Shown here in pieces: positions 13,646-26,995 of a DNA stretch of 64,000 nt (the first letter of the stretch is position 1; each line of letters opens with the position of its first letter). The position numbers and the translations under genes were made by a program. The DNA is from Octopus sinensis (Eukaryota), in assembly GCF_006345805.1 (NCBI RefSeq), contig NC_043013.1:55552001-55616000 (forward strand), written 5' to 3'. The notes beneath the pieces are model-generated. The model saw only the letters and a list, made by a program, of their open reading frames with translations, was not told the origin of the DNA and searched no databases.

Positions 13646-13804
13646 AGAAACTGCATAAAGCCTGAAGTGTATGTATATATATAAATTTGTGTATTTGTGT
13701 GTGTATATATATGGTAACTGCATTAAACCTGCAGTGTGTATATCTATCTATATATATGTATGGTTTATACATGTGTGTACATGGTAAGTATATTAAACCT
13801 GCAG

Positions 13805-13806
<2 letters not shown>
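13555..13806. repeat. Short tandem unit x4 separated by (TG)n/(TA)n
   Basis: AAACTGCAT(G/A)AAGCCTGAAGTGTA twice, then AACTGCATTAAACCTGCAG and AAGTATATTAAACCTGCAG. Confidence 0.8.
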
Positions 13807-13860
<54 letters not shown>

Positions 13861-14749
13861 CGTGTGTGCGTGTGTGTGTGTGTGTGGTTAATATATTAAA
13901 ATGGAGTACTATGTATATATGTATGTAGATATATTAATTTTTATAATGAAAATGTTTCAGTCCTTTGCATGTGAATAGATACGTACTAAAAAGTATTGAA
14001 TGATTCTTCCATTTAATATGAAATTGTTTTTATATATAAGTTACAAAAAAAAATTAATGAATGCATGTGTGTGTGTGCATGTGTGTGTGTGCATGCGTGT
14101 GTGTGCATGTGTGTGTGTGCATGTGTGAATATATGCAATTGTTGTTATTCCATTTGTGATTGTTTGAAGTAAAACGGCACTGATTTTGACAGCCATGGTT
14201 GACAGCAACTGTGGAATATAAAAATCTCTTTGACAACAGGAAGAGCATTGAGACTTAAACTCCTATATCTTGAAATCAATTCTCAACCAAACCATGCTAG
14301 CATGGGCAAACAGACATCCAATAAACAAATCAATTATATATTTCATGTTATTGTTAGAATTCTCAAGGGATAAATAATAATAAATATTTAGTGGTGGAAA
14401 GGGCCAACAGCAGTGTAGAGTAAAATATATTTCTGCATTTATCCACAGTCGTACTTGCATTCTCAATACATCCTCATAATCGCTTTAAAGCCCTCTTTTC
14501 CGTGCTTGCATGGGTCTGATGGAATTTGTTGAGGTAGATTTTCTATGGCTGGATGACCTTGTTGCAAATCCCTGTTCCTATCAAAGCAAGGTAGTTTTCC
14601 CCATGGTTTTTATAGAAGATTGCTAACAAATGACACAGCTTGTATGACTGGCACATACACAACTATCCCTTCTCCATCTCATACACACACACATATACAC
14701 ACACAAGCACAAGCCTTGTTTAGTGGACATGGTTAGTTCATCTGTTATC

Positions 14750-15300
14750 AACAATGATTGAGGACATCCCATGGGAGAAGACGATGTATGGTTTGTCTGG
14801 CTGTGGCCGATCAGTCCAATTCAGAGGGCTCTGTCACAGGTCAGGCATTGTCGGTCTCCTGAGACCGAAAGCAAGAAGTTGACTCTGAACTTGTGCAGTT
14901 GATGTTTTCTTTGTGTCCCTACAACCCTATTTTGTTTGTAGTAAAAGGTGACACCTTTGTTGATACAGCCTTGCCAGACATGGCAGTCATGCACCTGCAT
15001 TTCCCAGGTGTTGGGATTGAGCTCAAAGCTCTTCAGCCAGGCTTTGAGTGTATCTTTGAAATGCTTCTTCTATCTACTTTGAGTGTACATGCCTTCCACT
15101 AGTTTTCAGTAAAACAGTTTCTTGGGAATTTGTGTTTCAGGCATGCAAGCAAAGTGACTTTCTCACCTGATTTGCACTCTCCTCAGCAATGTGAAAATGC
15201 TTGGCAGAACAGCTCAAGAGAGGACCTCTGTGTCTGGGGACATTGTCTTGCCAGATGACCTTCTACAGCTTTCTCAGGCAGTTCATGAAAGAAACCTGTT
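14750..15300 (-). pseudogene. RTE (BovB-like) LINE 3' fragment
   Basis: Frameshifted minus-strand translation resembles LRKLLKVIWQDNVP.TEVL, KHFKDTLKAWLKSF, IGLISHSQT of the RTE ORF2 C-terminus. Confidence 0.75.
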
Positions 15301-15311
15301 TTTGTGAGTCA

Positions 15312-15353
<42 letters not shown>

Positions 15354-15669
15354 GCATGTCTATCAAAATAGGAGATTGTAAAATAGTTTGGTATTGTTTA
15401 TTCACCATTACACATGTTTCATTTCCCAATAGAAGTTACAAAAGTGTACATATAAAATAAACATGTAGGATATATCCTAATAGAAATTCACCAGAGAGAA
15501 AATCAGATAATTTAGTTCATTTTAGCATCTATATCTGTCTTCCTAAAAACTTTTACTGCATTTATTTGCATGAAATTTATTGCAGTAGCAGGTAAGTTGC
15601 TCCAGTTTGTACTTAAAATATCAATCTTTAACACATTCATAATTCACATTCTGTTTCTCATATTTACTG

Positions 15670-18450
15670 CTTATGGCTTTACAGCAAATAGACCTAAGGT
15701 GGACACCACCGGCAACAGCATACACATCACCTCGATGCTCCTACTGAACATCAGAGGACTGCTAACACTCAGTAACAGGACAAAAATCCCGTTCTTGAGA
15801 GACTTTGTTGCATGCAATCAAGCCTTATGCATAGCACTTACGGAAACACACCTGAAACCGGACATAGCAGATGCGGAAATACACATACCACAGTATGTTG
15901 TACTACGGACCGACAGAAAAGAAAGGAGTCATGGCGGAGTTGCTATGTAGATCCGCGAGGACCTCACACCCCAGGTCCTTTTGTCATACTCAAATTCGGT
16001 GTGTGACACACTAATTGTACATATAAAGCAACTTGGTGTAGTTATATGTGCTACATATCGCCCTCCAGATGCCCCAAGCCATGTAGGCAAGTTTGAAGAC
16101 TGCCTTATAAAAATAGAAGTTCTAGTCACATTAAAACAACACATAAGTGTACTTCTTATGGGAGACTTCAATCAACCCAATGTCAGATGGCCCAGGAATG
16201 ACACGATGTGAACGAGGACAGGCGAGGTCCCTCCTGAACCTCATCAACACTCTGTACATGGAGAAAGTAATACTCCAACCAACCAGGGCAGGTAACATAC
16301 ATGCTACATACATGTCCCAGAGAGAAAGGCCACTGTACGCAAGAATAAAATCCCCAGAGAGAGGAAAATTCTAATGAGACAGCGTACAAAAGTTTCAAAT
16401 CGCCTATACAAACAAATTGAAAGCAGTGAAAAGTCCCGCCTGAAAATAAAACTGTTGGAAAGTGAAAAATGTCTGCGACTCTCCCATGAAAACAAAAGAG
16501 CAGACAAAGAAGCCTGGGCTATAGACAACATAAAATCTAACCCCAGAGCTTTCTACAGGTATGCCAAAGAAACAGCTACGGTGCACTGCAGGATAGGGCC
16601 ACTCCTTGAAAAAGATGGTACACTCACAGGAAATCCAAAGAGGATAAGTGAAATTCTAAATGAGCAATTCAAAAGGATTTTCCCTCCACCCCTTGGGCAT
16701 TTCCAAATCAACAATACAACTGACCTCTTTAGCACTGCAGATTTAAAATCAGAGGCAATGATGATTGATTACATCAATATAAAGGAAGACGATGTAATAA
16801 AGGCTATAGATGAAATGAAAACAAACTCAGCTACTGGCCCCGATGGATTCCCAGCAATCCTTCTAAAAGTATGTAAGAGAGTCCTAGCTAGACCACTGCA
16901 GTTCCTCTTTCAGAGCTTCCTTGCAACTGGCAAAACTTCCAAGAAAACTGAATGAAGGTAAAATATGACCTATTCATAAAGGAAGTAGCAGAGCGGAGGC
17001 CAAGAACTACAGACCTATCTCTCTGACCTCACACATCAGCAAGGTCATGGAACGAATAGTCAGAAGGAAACTAATCACCTTCCTTGAAGAAAATGACTTG
17101 CTGCCAGACACCCAACATGGTTTCTGACCAGGAAGAAGCTGCTTAACTCAGCTCCTACAACACTATGACTGGGTTCTGAAACGACTGCTCAACCACTCAA
17201 ATGTGGAAGTCATATATCTTGTCTTTGCAAAGGCCTTTGATAAAGTCGATCATGGAAAGATATGTCACAAACTGCGTGATCTTGGCATAGTTGGAAAATT
17301 GGGAGAATGGCTTCATGACTTTCTGAAGGATAGAAGTCAGGTGGTAGTAGCCAATGGGGCCACTTCCAGTAACACGCAAATAGTGAGTGGTGTTCCACAG
17401 GGCACTGTTTTGGGACCACTACTGTTGATAATGGCCCTCTCAGACATGCCCACAGCCACGCAGAGAGCCATGATCACAAGTTATGCAGATGATACAAAAG
17501 TTTTACAGGCAATACAGAACCCTGAAGACACTAAGCACCTGCAATGTGAGCTGGACGAAATATACAAGTGGGCTGAAAAGAATAGCATGCAGTTCAATGC
17601 TGAAAAGTTTCAAGCTTTATGCTATCAGCATGCAAAACTAAATGCAATACCCAATGAATACACTGGACCTGGAGGGATTGCAATCCCAGAGGCACAATCA
17701 GTGCGTGACCTGGGTATTTACATGAGTGATGATGCAACCTTTCATGTGCATGTTGCTAAATTGGCAATGAAATGTAGGCGGCTGACCGGATGAATTCTTA
17801 GAACCTTTAGAACAAGAGACCAGGAAACCATGATGGTCCTCTGGAGGACACTTGTCCTAAGCCACTTTGACTATTGCTCTCAGCTATGGTCACCATCCAG
17901 TGTCAAGTTAATCACAGAACTTGAGGCGATCCAACGAAGCTACACGAAGAAGATAGCCTCTGTGCAGCATATAAGCTACTGGGAAAGACTCAAGAGATTA
18001 AGACTCTATTCCTTAGAGTGTAGGCGAGAAAGATATGCCATAATATACATCTGGATGATCATAGAAGGACTTGTCCCAAACTTTGGCATCGAGAGCTACA
18101 CAAATGCCAGAACTGGGCGCCACTGCATGGTGCCAAGGACTCCAAATTTGCCATCAAGATATAGGACAAGATACTGTGATAGCCTGGGCTTCAGAGGTCC
18201 ACAGCTCTTCAATATCCTCCCGAAGATCCTGAGAGACCTGCATGGGGTGGATGCAGATGTCTTTAAAATAAAACTGGATCTTTTCCTGTCAAGTATCCCA
18301 GATGAACCAACTTCACGGCAGGAGGGGCAGATGAGGGCAGCTGCATCGAACTCTCTCATGCTCCAAATGGCAGTTGCTAAAAAGCAAATGGCGGTGCCCC
18401 AGCATGGTCACAGCTCGTGAGCTGAAACTAGATAAAATAAATAAATAAAT
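15670..18450 (+). mobile_element. Decayed CR1/L2-group LINE: APE endonuclease + reverse transcriptase, internal deletion near 16300
   Basis: ORFs: LLNIRGL...IALTETHL...DRKERSHGGVA; YRPP...LMGDFN; SATGPDGFPAILLK; FAKAFDKVDH, SGVPQGTVLGPLL, YADDTK; several stops and frameshifts; ends in (TAAA)n tail. Confidence 0.95.
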
Positions 18451-18468
18451 ATATATATATATTTATAC

Positions 18469-18518
<50 letters not shown>

Positions 18519-18584
18519 ATATATATATATGTATATATGTGTGTCTATCTATCTATCAATCTATCTCTCTATATAGTCAAATTA

Positions 18585-18715
18585 AATAAACAAACATTAA
18601 AAATAACAATAACAACAAGAGAACGTGTACATGGAATGTATTAGTTTAACGCTAGGTAAGAAGAGAGAGCTTTTGATGTTTCAAGCATAGCTCTTTGTCA
18701 GAAAGGAAAATGTAC
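18585..18715 (-). mobile_element. Penelope-like terminal-repeat fragment with degenerate hammerhead motif
   Basis: Minus strand CTTT-CTGACAA-A-GAGC TAT GCTT-GAAA-CATC-AAAAG. Confidence 0.55.
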
Positions 18716-19019
18716 AAGACCAAAGAAGGATAAAATCACCATCAACATGTATGTAGCTTCATATATATATATAAGTGAAAATCACTGCCCAAACAAGCAA
18801 AATCCTGGAAGTATAAATGCCCTATCAATGTCTTTCTTGATCTCTGCTCAGAATGAGTAAACCAGATGATGTCTATAAAATGCCATCCTTGACTGACTCC
18901 AGGATGTATTACACCAAATAATGGACATCCAGATCACACCCACCCACCCAGCCACCTAATAGAGTAAACTGTTTGTATAAATTTTACTCACAAAGAAACA
19001 GAATACAGATATTAGTTCA

Positions 19020-19380
19020 GATACTCTTTTACTTGTTTCAGTCATTTGACTGCAGCCATGCTGGAGCACCATCTTTAGTTGAGTAAATCGACCCCAGAGC
19101 TTTATTCTTTGTAAGCTTAGTACTTATTTTATCGGTGTCTTTTGCTGAACCGCTAAGTTATGGGGTGTTAAGCAATGTTAGGAGGACAAACACACAAACA
19201 TATACACATATATATATACATATATGATGGACTTCTTCTAGTTTCCATCTACAAAATCCACTCACAAGGCTTTGGTTGGCATGAGGCTATAGTAGAAGAC
19301 ACTTGCCCAAGGTGCCATGCAGTGGGACTGAACCTGGGACCATGTGGTTGATAAGCAAGCTACTTACCACACAGCCACAT
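19020..19380 (-). mobile_element. Near full-length tRNA-derived SINE (family A)
   Basis: Head TGGCTGTGTGGTAAG...GGTTCAGTCCCACTG, core CCTTGGGCAAGTGTCTTCTACTATAGCC, tail CAGTCAAATGACTGAAACAAGT. Confidence 0.9.
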
Positions 19381-19458
19381 GGTTGTTCTTTCTTCATAGA
19401 TACATTTAATTTTTTTGTTGGTTCCAATGTCAAATTCAGTTTTTAACTTTTTCATGAC

Positions 19459-19672
19459 ACAGGTGTGGGTGTGTGGTAAGAAGCTTGCTTCCCAACCATA
19501 TGGTTCTGGGTTCAGTCCCACTGTGTGGCACCTTGGGCAAGTTTCTTTTACTTTAATCTAGGGCTGATCAAAGCGTTGTGAGTAGATTTGGTAGATGGAA
19601 ACTGAAAGACACCTATCATATACACAAACTTACACACAAACATAATCATACACACTCACACACATATGTATA

Positions 19673-19718
<46 letters not shown>

Positions 19719-20210
19719 CATTAAAAATGACAGAGGGTGTTATGAACACCTACAATGCTAGAAACAAGAGCTAGAAATTTCTGGCATTGTAGCTGTTTCT
19801 AACACCTGTCATTTTTAATGGCAAATATAATTTTCTTTTTGATTGCTAAACTGCTAATTACACACATACACACACACGTATGTATGTATGTATGTATGTA
19901 TGTATGTATGTATGTATGTATGTATGTATGTATGTATGTATGTATGTATGCATGCATGCATGTATGTATGTATGTATCTATGTGTGTGTGTCTTTGTGTC
20001 TGCATTTGTGCCCCACCAACGCTTGACAACTGGTGTTGGCAAGTCTACGTCTCAGTAACTAGCAAGTTAAGCAAAAGTGACTGATAGAATAAGTACAAGG
20101 CTCAAAAAAATAATTAGTCCTGGGGTTGATTTCCTCAACTAAATCCCTTCAAAGCGGTGCTCCAGCATGGCCACAGTCAAATGACTGAAACAAGTGAAAG
20201 ATAAAAGATA
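19459..20210 (+). mobile_element. Family-A SINE expanded by internal microsatellites and a MITE-like insert
   Basis: Head/core 19459-19615, tail 20000-20210; (TA)n, (TATG)n and palindrome 19715-19824 between them. Confidence 0.85.
19715..19824. mobile_element. 110-bp MITE-like imperfect palindrome
   Basis: TTGTCATTAAAAATGACAG ... CTGTCATTTTTAATGGCAA inverted termini; inner CTACAATGCTAGAAA/TTTCTGGCATTGTAG; flanked by TA runs. Confidence 0.7.
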
Positions 20211-21173
20211 TGGCATCACTAGTACACTAGTTATTTGACCAAAATACTCTGGCCTCTGTGTATATGCTGCAAATGTTAAGCACAGATCTCTACATAGACC
20301 ACATGCAACTTTTCATAACAGTTTTTTTTCTTCTTTAGCATAACACTGTGGCTTATTTGCAAGCATAATTGTTTAGAATCTTAAATTTCTATGACTTATG
20401 TGGAGTAGCAAGAGTATTCCTCAACGCTTTGAAATAATTTCTGGTTAAAGCAAATGAGAAAAACAATTCACTAAATATTAAATGGTGGGATATTTATTGT
20501 TTCGTTTCTAGTCTCTTGATTATGCACGAAACATCTTAAATTTTGATTCAGTGAACAATACAAAGACATGCTGTTACTGTAAAATTCTCAAAAACCTTTG
20601 AAAATTGCCATTGGATAATTAATTGACAAACAATGAAGGTAAATGGTAATAATCAGTTTGAATCACTTCCTTTTGTTTTCCTGCAAAAGAAATAGATTGA
20701 GAGGAAATATCTATCAAAATTGGAAATCAAATTTAAATAATGATTTCATTTTAAACAACATTTCAGTGTATCTTTCTGTTATTTAAAGACAACATCTCAA
20801 CTTCAAACTTTCAAATACAGTTTCATTCTAAATATCACCTAGAAAACATATGCAATCCAAGTTGCTTTTCCACAGCAGCTTTGGGGATTGGACAAGTTGT
20901 CTGAAACAAGGTTTTGTAACCTGAGGCCCTTCCTGTAATGGTGAGAATTATGAGAAAAGAAAATAATTAGAATTATTTGATATAAAAAAATGCTTAAAAC
21001 TACTTTGCTTAATATGTACGTGACTTGGTTTCATATTTTAATAGAATACGAAAGCAAGATGTAACAGCCATGCTTGTCTCAAAGACGATGATGGAGATAA
21101 TGAAATAACACATAGATTTTAGATTGCCCCTCCGTCTCTAACAGAAACTGAGTCATAATTATAACACTGCTTC

Positions 21174-21214
<41 letters not shown>

Positions 21215-22076
21215 GCAACAGATACACAGGAAGAATAAAATGGCACAAATAAGAGAATTATTGACCAAACATTGTAAGTAATTTTATTCATTGTCTTTAG
21301 TTCCCAATTTCAAATTCTGTTCCTTTCAGCTTTCCCTTTCATTTTCATAGCTGACAAGCTAATCCCCAATATTGTATTGGGGAGGATTAATTCAACTATA
21401 ACCCTGGCCTGTTGTTAAATAAACTTACAAAAAGGAAAGCAAAACAATTCATCCCTTCTGTCATATCTGGAAATCAATATAGTGACCGACAATAGAAATG
21501 GTATTTTTTTATGTTATGGAACTAACATTCCAATGTTTGCCCAGCCAACCAATATTTCTTTATTTAGATACTACTACTACTACTGCAACTACTTCTGTAT
21601 TGTTATTGACAACTTTTACTGAAAGTTAATTTCTCAATTTCTCATAAAATGCTTTCTTGATAATCTAAGTTTGTACTAAAAAACATCAATCAGGAATAAC
21701 GATGGCGATGGCTTATTTTATTTTTCAATTGTTTTTATTTTATAATAATAATGATAATAATAATAATGATGATAGTGATAATAATAATAATGATATGAAA
21801 TTTCATTTACAAATTTGCTTGACCCACCAAGGGAGATAATTAAAAGTGGTCATTTTCTCAGTTTTTTTTTTTATATATTTTATTTATTTCATTTTAATAG
21901 TTTTCTTCCTCATAGTTACCAATACTCAACCGCGCCAAACAATTGACAAGTAAGACTTTTTATAAGATTTTTGAATTGAAATGAACAAAGATTGCTTTTG
22001 CGAATAACTACTAAATTAAAAACGCAAAAATGTTCTAGTCACTTTTGATTATAAAAGTAAATCTGATCTTGTGATA

Positions 22077-22122
<46 letters not shown>

Positions 22123-23278
22123 ATAAATGAATGAATGAATTGAGAGAAAAATCAATCCAGCAATTTATGAGCTTAGATAGAGATGCAGTAAAACAAAAGA
22201 CTCGCAGAATAATTGCAGAGAATATTGACGTATTCCTTCGGTTCATAGAAAAAGTCATAAAAAGAGCTTTACTGCAAAATATAGAGAATTTCTTTGTGAT
22301 TGTTAGACAATGTGGAAATTAGAAAAAAAATTAAAATAAAAAATATAAATAATAGTTATTCATAAGAAATCCGCCCCCCACCCTCACCAATTTTAACTAA
22401 ATCAAAAGTTAAGTGATCAATAAAAATGTAGTGATTTATATATAAATGATACATTGTCTGGTTGTTTATAATGACTAAAGAAATGATAATAATAATAATA
22501 ATACTAATGATAATGTTAATGACGATGATGATGATCATAAATTGCATAATATATTTTCAATTACCTTTTACAATTATTGCTTCCTTATTTATTATCCATC
22601 TCCAAAATAATGGTGAAATATGCACCAGTACTTCACTTGACAGAACTACCTACAACAATTCTTTTCTCGCCATCATTGAAAAACACAAAACTTTCCTTCC
22701 TTGAAAACAAACACAAAACAGACATTTATAAACAGAGAATTATTTTGTCTTTTTAAACAGTCATTTTGTGAAAAATAATAATAAAACATGTCTTTGTCCT
22801 CTATTTTCATTTTCTTTTTAATATTCATTGACATTTGTCTCTTTTGTTTGTTTGTGTAATTTTTGTTTCTCTCCAAAGGTTTCCATCAGTCCATCGTATC
22901 AACATTGAAAGTCAAACGACCTGAACATCCAGATTTCATTCATAGAACTGACAGATATTTTTTTCTTTTCTTTATTTCTATTGAAGCTGTTATAAGGATT
23001 ACAGCCAGAATAACATAATTAGAAACATTTTAATCCATTCGTCATCTGCTGCTTTTGCTGCATGTCGAGAGAGTTACACTGGCTTCACGAGTACATCGAC
23101 TCTTTCTATGGCATCTTAGATATGATAGAGATTGGCACATTACTAGAATTTTCCAAACGATAGTTTCACTTTACTCGTTGACTTAATACATTATAATACA
23201 GAGATTCTTGTTCAAAGTTAATTTTAGAGAAAGTATAATGCTGAACTAATGAAATTATCAACATTCGATGTTTATTAC

Positions 23279-23316
<38 letters not shown>

Positions 23317-24124
23317 TAATAATAATGATAAAAATAGTAATAATAATGATGATGATGATGATATTAAAACAGTATGTTCTATTTGTCTTTAGACAGACTT
23401 TAAGAAAGTTTGCATTTCTTAGTGTTGTTTAGCTCCTAGTCTAATCCTGTCCCAATAAACTTCCAGTCCAATGGCTCTCAATCTGGGTCCTTAAGGTTCC
23501 TGAAGTCCACATAAGATTTTGTGCGGTTCATGCAAGCAAAAGTGTAAATCAGGGTCTCATATTAGCATTTTAAAGATCAATGAAACAAACTTGATTTCAA
23601 TCTGGTTATTGCATGAAATGGCCATGATTCTTCTTTCTCTAATGTTTCACTTAGTTCAGCCGACACGAAGGTGGGAAAAACAGAATGAGAATCTTGAAAG
23701 AAAGAGCAATAAAACCAGGTTTTAAGCATCGGATGGCTACATGGGTTGTTGGGAGGGGGGGGTCCACCAGAGTAAAATAGTAATCAGAGCAGTTCATAAA
23801 AAAAAAATGGTTGAGAAATATTGCTCTAATGAAGTCTTTGATTAGAAGTCTTTGGCACTGATTCTACTGTCTGGTTCCAAATAGAGAACACCTAGGGCTA
23901 AATTAACTAATAAATCCTTCCTTTTTAAAGAGAGTAAGGTGTGATTTGAAGAATATTTGACCGATATTTCTAACAAGCTAAGCATCTCATTTTTTTTTTG
24001 TTAGATGCTGTATATCTTGTACTACATTCCTGAATGTGTCCTTCTCTGTTAGATGATATAGATAATAATTTGAGGAAGATTTAGTCACTATTTCTTACCA
24101 AAGATTATAGTCTTCTGCTGTATC

Positions 24125-24510
24125 TTTATCTTCTATCTTTTACTTGTTTCAATCATTACTTTGAGGTCATGCTGGGGCACTGCTCTGAAGAAGTTTAGCT
24201 GAACGCATTGTGTCAGTACTTTTTCCTTAAGCCTAGTACTCATTCTATCAGTTTCTTTTGTTGAACTGCTAAGTTGTGGGCATATAAACACACCAACACC
24301 AGTTTTCAAGCAGTGTAGGAGGACAAGCACACACACATATATACATGATGGGTTTCTTTCAGTTTCTGTCTAGCGAATCTACTCACAAGGCTTTAGTTGG
24401 CCCAAGGTTGTAGTAGAAGACACTTGCCCAAGGTGCTACACACTGGGACTGAACCTAGAACTATGTGGTTGGGAAGGCAACTTCTTTCCCTACAGCCACG
24501 CTTGTGCCTA
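24125..24510 (-). mobile_element. Full-length family-A SINE, diverged
   Basis: Head, core and tail recognisable on the reverse strand. Confidence 0.85.
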
Positions 24511-24535
24511 TACATATATTTGATTTTCCTTCAGG

Positions 24536-24972
24536 CATGAAAACGTGGATAAAAAGGTTTGCTTTGCAACCATGTGGATTGGGGACGACACATTTGCCCA
24601 CAAGCCAAACTGAAACATGCAGGTGGATTTAGTAGAAGGAAACTGAAAAAAACCTGCCATTCAAAGATGGTACCCCAGTAAAAGAATAAAAGAATGTGTA
24701 TGTGTGGGGTCTCATTTCTTCATGTCTCAACATCATACACTGGCCATAAATGAGCCTCACCATCGTAAAAGTGGTAGCATTCACTTGTGGTCTTCTGTGA
24801 AATCATGCCTAACTATTACACTGGTCATGATTGTAGGACTTGGAAAAATAGTACCTTATTTAGAAGAAGCTGAAGGATGGCAGCAGCAAAGGTATCCAGT
24901 TATAGACAATTTGCATCATCAAATTTCATCTGACCCATGCAAGCTGGGAATAGAGGACATTAAAAAATAATG
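24536..24972 (+). mobile_element. SINE with family-A-like head/core and RTE-type tail
   Basis: GGATTTAGTAGAAGGAAACTGAAA core; ends CATCTGACCCATGCAAGCTGGGAATAGAGGACATTAAA, resembling the RTE tail. Confidence 0.55.
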
Positions 24973-25578
24973 TTTATTCCAGTATTGTAACTCTTAACTA
25001 AATTTTATTGCACAGCTCATTACATGTTTTATTAGCTTTTATCATCTTCTTCTCCATGAACTCATCTATTTTATAATTAGAGAGCATCACACTAAGGCAG
25101 TAACTTGTCCTTTACTTACTGAGAAAATATAAAAGAATTTAAATACCAGAAACACAGATTTAATGATACAAGCCTACATGCACTTATATATACATATACA
25201 TGCACGCACACGCACACTCATACATATGCAAACATATATGCACACACCCACGCTTTCTAATCACCAATAAAATGCCAATGTCTTAAGGAAATAGTCTAGT
25301 TAATGTCCTCATTAACCAGTTCTATGTCATAAGGATATTAAACATTGGAAGAATTGGAAATTAAGTCTGTAGAGTAAGATTATTATTTGTTGAGTTACAG
25401 CAAGTTCATTTTCTATGTACATGTATGTGTGTATGTATATACACATTATAAATATGCAACTACGCATATATATATATATGTGTGTGTGTAAGTATTTTTG
25501 CGTCAGTGAATATATATATATATATGAAAAAACAAGTAAAAAATAGAAAATGCTAAAATAATTTTATAGTGAACATTT

Positions 25579-25617
25579 CAGTACCGGTTTCGGTCATTTT
25601 GAGACCTTTTCAACTGT
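25579..25617 (-). ncRNA. Type I minimal hammerhead ribozyme motif (mirror copy)
   Basis: Identical reverse complement of 27661-27699. Confidence 0.7.
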
Positions 25618-26255
25618 AACGATTAAATAATTAAATTTAGAAAAATTAGAAGAAAAGTTTACTTAAAAGAATATTTCTATAGTAGTGTTCAGATTTAAGT
25701 GGCATTCTGCCTTTCTCTGACTCCCTTGTTTGCACTTGTGTGTTCGAGGTAGTTGTGAGTTCTTGGTAGGGTAGTAGAGGGAAGGCTGGTGAGGAAAGGG
25801 GGGTGGGAGAATCTGGGAGTGCCCTGATGGTCGTATTTTGAATGGTCAGTGGCGGCTGGCAGTCTCAGTTCAATTCAGGAGAATATTTATATTGACAGGC
25901 TTGTTTATAGAATTAGCGTAGGTGTTATACTAAAAAACATTAGTGACAAACTTAAGGGGTAGGGGGTGGAGAAGAAGAAGGAGAAGGAGAAGATGATGGT
26001 GATGGTGGTGATGATTATGACGACGATGATGATGATAACGATGATGATGAAGAAGAAGAAGGAGGAGAAGGAGAAGATGGTGGTGATGATGGTGGCGATG
26101 ATGATGACGCCGATGATGATGATAACGATGATGATGAAGAAGAAGAAGAAGAAAAAAACAGAGAAGGGAGAATATGAATGGGTGTAAATATAGCTATGAA
26201 GGGGCTGATTAGTAATGGATTCTATGGAGTGTAGTATTTGTGTGTGTATATATAT

Positions 26256-26995
26256 AACCCTAATCACCAGGAACTATCCACCTTCACTTATTGACAAGTG
26301 CATTCAACGTGCCCTTCAACTTAACATCAAGGAACTGAGACATCCCAAATCAAAGAAAAACTTACAACCAAAAGCCTTACCATACATCTCCACACACAAC
26401 CCTCTCAATAACGAAGCCTTCGACACCATCCTCCACAACATACCCCTCCTAAAAAAAGACCACAGAATGAACACAATCCTCCAAACACACACGATCATAA
26501 AAAGCAAAAGACAGCCTAGATCCATGAAAAGTCTCCTTACACAAGCCCGAATTCACTCTTCAACACAGAAGCCGACAGTAAAAAAATGTGGAAGACCCAA
26601 TTGCGGGATATGCGACTATCTTCTTGAGGGATCAGAGTTCTCCTTCAAACAGGGACAACGGTTTACAGTGAAAAGCAACTTCACATGTGCTTCGGAGAAC
26701 CTAATATACTCACTAACCTGCTCCGGGTGTCAAGAGCAGTACATAGGCCAAACAAAAAATGGTTTGCGTAAACGAATGGCCCTGCACAGATCCCAGATAA
26801 AAATTCCCCAAAACAGAAAAATAGCTTTTAGCCAACACATAGATACTTGCGCCAACAAAAAAACACCAAACTTCAGAATTTTTCCCCCTCTACCAATTTA
26901 GGGAAGATACAACCTCGAGACAAAGAATAAGTAAAGAAAATCTCTTTATTACAAAATACAAGCCACTTCTTAACGGGTCTACGACAAACAATTAA
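26256..26995 (+). pseudogene. C-terminal part of Penelope-like ORF: linker, Cys-rich zinc motif and GIY-YIG endonuclease
   Basis: RNYPPSLIDKCI...KCGRPNCGIC...FTCASENLIYSLTCSGCQEQYIGQT...RMALHRSQI; one frameshift in TTTCCCCCTC (~26881-26890) restores FPLYQFREDTTSRQRISKENLFITKYKPLLNGSTTNN* ending 26995. Confidence 0.9.

Noticed and set aside
14850-14872. Hairpin TCGGTCTC-CT-GAGACCGA followed by AAG, resembling stem II + GAAA
   Set aside because: No CUGANGA-type box upstream; lies inside an RTE fragment
20876-20940. Possible 65-nt + strand exon (TTTTCCACAG | ... | GTGAGA)
   Set aside because: All three frames contain stops and there is no other support; could only be non-coding
25966-26187. 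Met/Lys-rich protein MEKKKEKEKMMVMV... and its twin at 27104..27313
   Set aside because: Low-complexity (GAT/GAA)n tract inside the inverted arms of the Penelope element
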